Shown here in pieces: positions 59,486-64,000 of a stretch of DNA of 64,000 nt. The DNA comes from Opitutia bacterium. Lineage in GTDB: Bacteria; Verrucomicrobiota; Verrucomicrobiia; Opitutales; T3Sed10-336. Within the stretch, counting starts at the first letter, position 1, and every line of letters starts with the position of its first letter. The notes under the pieces were generated by a model. That model was not told where the DNA came from, made no database searches, and was given only the letters and a program-made list of their open reading frames with translations. The stretch lies in contig JBJHCF010000017.1 in the NCBI GenBank assembly GCA_050506795.1, positions 1 to 64,000 of the forward strand. Direction: 5' to 3'. The position numbers and the translations under genes are program-made.

Positions 59486-59530
59486 TTGGTTTACCGGAAG
59501 CTACAGGCAGCTAACAGCGATTTGGTTTTT

Positions 59531-59571
59531 GACCGGGCCTCGGAGGTTTGACTTCGGGGCCTGGTCGTTTT
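59531..59571 (+). terminator. Terminator after second PEP-CTERM gene
   Basis: GACCGGGCCTCGGAG-GTTTGA-CTTCGGGGCCTGGTC followed by GTTTT. Confidence 0.7.
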
Positions 59572-59677
59572 ATCTCAGGGCGCGGAGTTGGATTGTTATT
59601 CCGTCCTTCTCTGCCTGGGGTCTTACTCGGACCTGCCGCCGTTTCGCGGTCTCCCAACCTGAGTTGTTTGTTCAAGA

Positions 59678-62600
59678 ATGAAAACTAAAAGGCTACTTCG
59701 CTGCGCCGCTCTCCTGGTCGCCGTTCTTTGTTCTCAGCTTCTTGCGGTGGAAGCTTCCGAGGTATCGGTCACCGTCCGGGATACCTTGATCCCAACCTAC
59801 GAGGTGATGGATCCCGATCCGAATCCGATTTTCTACAACGGCCGGCGCTACCAGGGAGCGCAGGGGCGGGTTTACCCCTACGCCCTGATTCACAACCTCA
59901 CGAACGATCGGGTCGATCACTCCTACCGCGAGATCCTTCTCGAAAACGAATACGTCGAAATCTCGTTTCTGCCGGAACTGGGAGGAAGAATCTACTACGC
60001 GCGCGACAAGCGCAACGGCTACGATTACCTCTACCACAATGAAGTCGTGAAGCCGGCGTTGATTGGCATGACCGGCGCCTGGATTTCCGGCGGGGTGGAG
60101 TGGAATATTCCCCATCACCACCGCGCGACTTCGTTCACGCCGGTCGATTACACCATCACCGAACAGGCGGATGGCTCCAAGACGGTCTGGGTTGGCGAAA
60201 CCGAGTGGCGGCACCGCACACGGTGGGTCGTCGGGATCACCTTGCGTCCGGGGTCAACTTTGTTCGAAACCACGATTCGCGTTTTCAACACCACGCCCGT
60301 CCAAAACACACTCCTGGTCTTCGCCAATGCCGCCGTTCACGCCAACGAGGATTACCAGGTTCTCTTCCCTCCCGAAACCCAGTGGACGACCTACCATCGC
60401 AAGAATCAATTCAGCCAGTGGCCGGTGAGCTACCAGGTTTTCGATGGGGCCGATTATCGCGAAGGGGTCGATGTCAGCCGTTGGCAAAATCACTCCAAGC
60501 CGACCTCCTTCTTCGAATGGGGCAATCGGGGCAACTTCATCGCCGGTATCGATCACGGGGCGAACGCCGGAACCGTTATATTCGGCGATAAACACGTCAA
60601 TCCCGGCAAGAAACTCTGGTCCTGGGGCAACAATCCCAGCGGCGCCATGTGGGATGGCCTGCTGACCGATGAAAACGGACCGTATATCGAGCTGATGTTT
60701 GGATCCTATTCGGATAACCAGCCGGACTACAGTTGGCTGCAGGCACGCGAGGTCAAGGAGGCCACGTACTGGTTCGCTCCCCTGAATGGGTTGAGCGACG
60801 TCAAACGGGTCAATGAAAACGCGGTGTTGGCTTTCGAAAATACTTCCGAGGGCGTGCGCCTGGGAGTCAACGCCCATCGGGCCTTTACCGGCGCCCGGGT
60901 TAGGGTTTCGGCCGGCGAAGAGGTGTTGTTTGAAGTCGAGCGCGATCTGAACCCGCACGAACCTTTCCTTGAATTTCTTGGCGATCCGGGCGCGCATGAG
61001 TTTCATGACCTCACGTTGTCGGTCCTGGATGCTTCCGGGGCGACGCTCATCACCTATTCCCCTGTCCGACTGGAAGAGGAACCCATCCCGGAGCCGGTGT
61101 CGCCTCTCCAGGACGTCGACGGTATCGACGACGCGGAGGAACTGTATTACCAGGGGCTCTACTACGAACAATTCCACGACGCATTCTATCAGCCGCGTGA
61201 CTTTTACCGGCGCGCCATTGAGCTCAATCCCCAGCACGTGTCCGCCTTGTTGCGCACCGGAATCCTCTACATCAAGGATGGAGATTACGAGACGGCCGTT
61301 CAGTACCTGGAACCGGCGGTGGAGCGGGTGGCCTGGGATTACGTGACTCCCGAGAGAGCCGACGCGCTCTATTACCTGGCGATGGCCTACGAGCAACTGG
61401 GTCGTGAAAGCGAGGCCTACGACCTGTATTACCGCGCCGCCTGGGACTATAATTTCACCAGCGCCGCCCATTTCCAGATGGCCCTGATGAAGGCGCGTGA
61501 GGGGGAGGAAGCCGCCGCGATGCGACACGTCGAAAACGCCGGGTTTACCAATGCCAGGAGTGTCGATGTTCTCGGCCTCAAAGTCACTCTCCTGCGCCGC
61601 GCCGGGAACGAGGAAGATGCCGAGCGAGTCGCGCGGCGTTTGCTGGAGATCGATCCGTTGAACTTTCGCGGGTATCACGAACTCTACCTGATCACCGGCG
61701 ACCGCGAGGTCCGCGGCAGACTGGCCGAACTCATGCGGAACAGCCGGGAAAACTACCTGGAACTTGCGGTCGCGTATGCCGCTGGTGGTTTTTATTCCGA
61801 GGCGATCGCGTTGCTGGAATACGGCGTGGAGCTCGACGATCCCTCGCTAAGCGAATATCCGATTATCCATTACCACATCGGTCTTTACCGTCACCTGCAG
61901 GGTGACGGCGCCGCGGCGGCCGCGGCCTTTACTCATGCCTCCAACCGGCCCCACGCCGGGGTGTTTCCCTTCCGGTTTGAAACGGTGACGGCGCTGGAGA
62001 CCGCCCTGAGCTATGACTCCCGTGACGGCCGGGCCTGGTATTATCTGGGCAATATTTACTACGACTTTCAACCCGAACGCGCCATTGATGCCTGGGAGCG
62101 GTCGGTCGACCTGGGGAGCGGCATTGCGGTTGCGCACCGCAATCTGGCGTTTGCCTACGCCAATGTGAAAAATGACTTCGATGCGACCCTGCACCATATC
62201 CGTCGCGCTCTGGAACTGAATCCGCACGATCCCCGCTACTATTACGAGCAGGACGCCTACCTGAAAACCATGCGGACCTCGGTCGAGGAACGGCTTGCGC
62301 CAATGGCGGCCAATGCCGAATTGATGGCCGCCGATCAAAATACCCGGGGTGTGTTTGCCGAACTGCTCACTCTGAACGGAGAATCCGAACGTGCCATCGA
62401 ATTGATGAAGGCGCACCAGTTCCGGCGTTGGGAGGGCGGCGGCGGTGTTTATCCGTTCTGGGTTTACGCCCACCTGAACAGGGGTCGGGCCGCCATGGGC
62501 GCCGACCAACCGGAAGCCGCACGGAGTTGGTTCGAGGCGGCGATTTCCTATCCGGAAAACCTGGAGACGGTCAGCAGCCCCCTGGAAACGATCGTGGTTT

Positions 62601-62998
62601 ACCACCAGGCGGTTCTGGCAGAGCGCGCGGGCGATCGCGAGGAGGCAGAGCGACTCTTACGGCGGGCCGCCGGTGGCAGCACCCGGGTGCCGGAATGCGC
62701 TTACTTTGTAGCCCGGGCTCACGAGCGACTCGGGGAAACCGACCGGGCAGAAGGGGTCTTCCGATCGCTCATTCAAAGCGGAGAGCGGGAGTTGGAACGC
62801 GAGACGACCGTCGATTTCTTCGATCCGTTCAGTCGTCAAAGGTCGGGCGCCGAACGGATGGCCGAGGGGTATTTTCGGTTGGCCCTGGGCAATCACGGTC
62901 TGGGGGAAAGCGATCGGGCGGCCCACTACTTTTCGCGTGCCTATGAATACGACCCGGCCCTCCTGTCGGTGGTGGCCTCGTATTATCGGGTTCCTTGA
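59678..62998 (+). CDS. Secreted DUF5107 domain + tetratricopeptide repeat protein
   Basis: Signal peptide; VYPY, LENEY...LPELGGRI, N.VVKPALIG..GAWISGGVEWN, PGKK.W.WG, YIELM.G.Y..NQPD; many TPRs. Confidence 0.88.
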   Translation: MKTKRLLRCAALLVAVLCSQLLAVEASEVSVTVRDTLIPTYEVMDPDPNPIFYNGRRYQGAQGRVYPYALIHNLTNDRVDHSYREILLENEYVEISFLPELGGRIYYARDKRNGYDYLYHNEVVKPALIGMTGAWISGGVEWNIPHHHRATSFTPVDYTITEQADGSKTVWVGETEWRHRTRWVVGITLRPGSTLFETTIRVFNTTPVQNTLLVFANAAVHANEDYQVLFPPETQWTTYHRKNQFSQWPVSYQVFDGADYREGVDVSRWQNHSKPTSFFEWGNRGNFIAGIDHGANAGTVIFGDKHVNPGKKLWSWGNNPSGAMWDGLLTDENGPYIELMFGSYSDNQPDYSWLQAREVKEATYWFAPLNGLSDVKRVNENAVLAFENTSEGVRLGVNAHRAFTGARVRVSAGEEVLFEVERDLNPHEPFLEFLGDPGAHEFHDLTLSVLDASGATLITYSPVRLEEEPIPEPVSPLQDVDGIDDAEELYYQGLYYEQFHDAFYQPRDFYRRAIELNPQHVSALLRTGILYIKDGDYETAVQYLEPAVERVAWDYVTPERADALYYLAMAYEQLGRESEAYDLYYRAAWDYNFTSAAHFQMALMKAREGEEAAAMRHVENAGFTNARSVDVLGLKVTLLRRAGNEEDAERVARRLLEIDPLNFRGYHELYLITGDREVRGRLAELMRNSRENYLELAVAYAAGGFYSEAIALLEYGVELDDPSLSEYPIIHYHIGLYRHLQGDGAAAAAAFTHASNRPHAGVFPFRFETVTALETALSYDSRDGRAWYYLGNIYYDFQPERAIDAWERSVDLGSGIAVAHRNLAFAYANVKNDFDATLHHIRRALELNPHDPRYYYEQDAYLKTMRTSVEERLAPMAANAELMAADQNTRGVFAELLTLNGESERAIELMKAHQFRRWEGGGGVYPFWVYAHLNRGRAAMGADQPEAARSWFEAAISYPENLETVSSPLETIVVYHQAVLAERAGDREEAERLLRRAAGGSTRVPECAYFVARAHERLGETDRAEGVFRSLIQSGERELERETTVDFFDPFSRQRSGAERMAEGYFRLALGNHGLGESDRAAHYFSRAYEYDPALLSVVASYYRVP

Positions 62999-64000
62999 AC
63001 CTGCGGGGTGTTCGTTCCGAAAAGGTCGTCCAGAGCCGTTTCGTCCAGAACGATCTTGCCGTTGGTCTGACCGGATAGAAGCGAGTCGACGAGAGCCTTC
63101 TTTTTCGCGTGCAGCTCGAGGATTTTGGTTTCCACCGTATCCGACGCGATAAGGCGGTGTACAAAAACCGGCTTGTCCTGGCCGATGCGGTGGGCGCGAT
63201 CCGTGGCCTGGGCTTCGACCGCGGGATTCCACCACGGATCGTAGTGAATGACGGTGTCGGCGGCGGTGAGATTGAGTCCCACGCCGCCGGCTTTCAGGCT
63301 GATAAGCAGCACCGGTGTGTCGCCGCGTTCGAACTCATCGACGATGGCGGAGCGATCGGTGGTTTCCCCGGTCAGCCGCAGGTACCGCCATCCGCGGCGT
63401 TCCATCGATTCAGCCGCCAGGTTCAGCATCTGCACGAATTGGGAAAAAACCAACACCCGGCGGCCTTCGGCGAGGAGTTCCTCCAGGAGTTCGAGCAGGC
63501 GCTGCAGCTTGGCGGAATCCTCGGCTTCGAAAGCGAAACCGCCCCGACGGGCCAAACGCGGGTCGCAGCAAATCAGGCGCAGCTGCAAGAGCGCGTCGAG
63601 CACAAAGATCTGCGACTGCTCCAGGCCCCGTTCCTCCAGGATTCTGCGAACGTCTTTTACCAGTCGCATACGGGTTGCTTCGTAGGCTTCGCTTTGTCGT
63701 GACGACAATTCGACGCTGTGGGTGATCTCGGTTTTTGGCGGAAGTTCCCGGGCGACGTCCTCCTTGCGGCGGCGTAGGATAAAAGGCGATACGCGGCTGG
63801 AAAGCAGCTTTGCCAGGCGGGTTCCTTCGTCGCCGGTTTCGGTCTCTATCGGCCGGCGAAACTGCTCCCGGAAAGCGTCCGCCGTGCCGAGGAATCCGGG
63901 CATCAGAAAATGGAACAGCGACCAGAGTTCTCCGAGGTGGTTTTCCATGGGTGTTCCGGAAAGGCAAAGGCGGCGCTTCGCCTTTAACGCGCCGGCGATT
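62983..64000 (-). CDS. SNF2-family helicase/ATPase, 3' part (5' end outside window)
   Basis: Frame open to window edge (RLCLSGTPMENHL.ELWSLF); LRR.K..V..ELP.K, LVFSQF, ISLKAGGVGLNLT.AD, DPWWNP.VE.QA.DRAHRIGQ; 3' end overlaps DUF5107 gene by 16 nt. Confidence 0.95.
   Translation of the reverse strand, partial: IAGALKAKRRLCLSGTPMENHLGELWSLFHFLMPGFLGTADAFREQFRRPIETETGDEGTRLAKLLSSRVSPFILRRRKEDVARELPPKTEITHSVELSSRQSEAYEATRMRLVKDVRRILEERGLEQSQIFVLDALLQLRLICCDPRLARRGGFAFEAEDSAKLQRLLELLEELLAEGRRVLVFSQFVQMLNLAAESMERRGWRYLRLTGETTDRSAIVDEFERGDTPVLLISLKAGGVGLNLTAADTVIHYDPWWNPAVEAQATDRAHRIGQDKPVFVHRLIASDTVETKILELHAKKKALVDSLLSGQTNGKIVLDETALDDLFGTNTPQVQGTR

Noticed and set aside
62983..64000. SNF2 helicase as part of a defence system
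   Set aside because: Only the C-terminal part is visible, it looks like the common bacterial SNF2 protein, and no methylase or nuclease partner is in view.

Overview
GC-rich bacterial chromosomal segment, most consistent with a Verrucomicrobiota (Opitutia/Puniceicoccaceae-like) organism, probably salt-adapted. The evidence is VPEPSTYA-type PEP-CTERM tails, an Opitutae-type LacI, very acidic secreted proteins and a betaine-synthesis methyltransferase. Bases 1-23 kb are an accessory locus: a Tat-exported Gfo/Idh/MocA oxidoreductase, a DUF6807 / enolase-superfamily / NRAMP-like transporter / LacI cluster, two paralogous ~1,270-aa secreted proteins, a PEP-CTERM protein, rarD and a 1,790-aa CotH-family protein. 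A recurring intergenic motif (core CAACGATGTG) lies upstream of most of these units and suggests one LacI regulon. The four secreted proteins are built from a shared kit of domains inserted inside one another: there is a reciprocal swap between the two paralogues and a ~1 kb cassette shared with the CotH gene. This is the best candidate for an undescribed system. Bases 23-64 kb are mostly housekeeping genes (dxs, xseB, M48 peptidase, hemW, M32 peptidase, lptF, pckG, ABC1 kinase, hflKC, dgt, RluA-family synthase, gltBD, SNF2 helicase). They also include an atypical ketosynthase next to two hybrid kinases and a second PEP-CTERM/DUF5107 pair. Small mobile or repeat DNA comprises GTAG REPs, a ~100 bp MITE with IS4-like ends, and 7- and 9-mer repeats. 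No rRNA, tRNA, CRISPR array, transposase or reverse transcriptase was seen. All family assignments are by motif recognition only; no searches were run.
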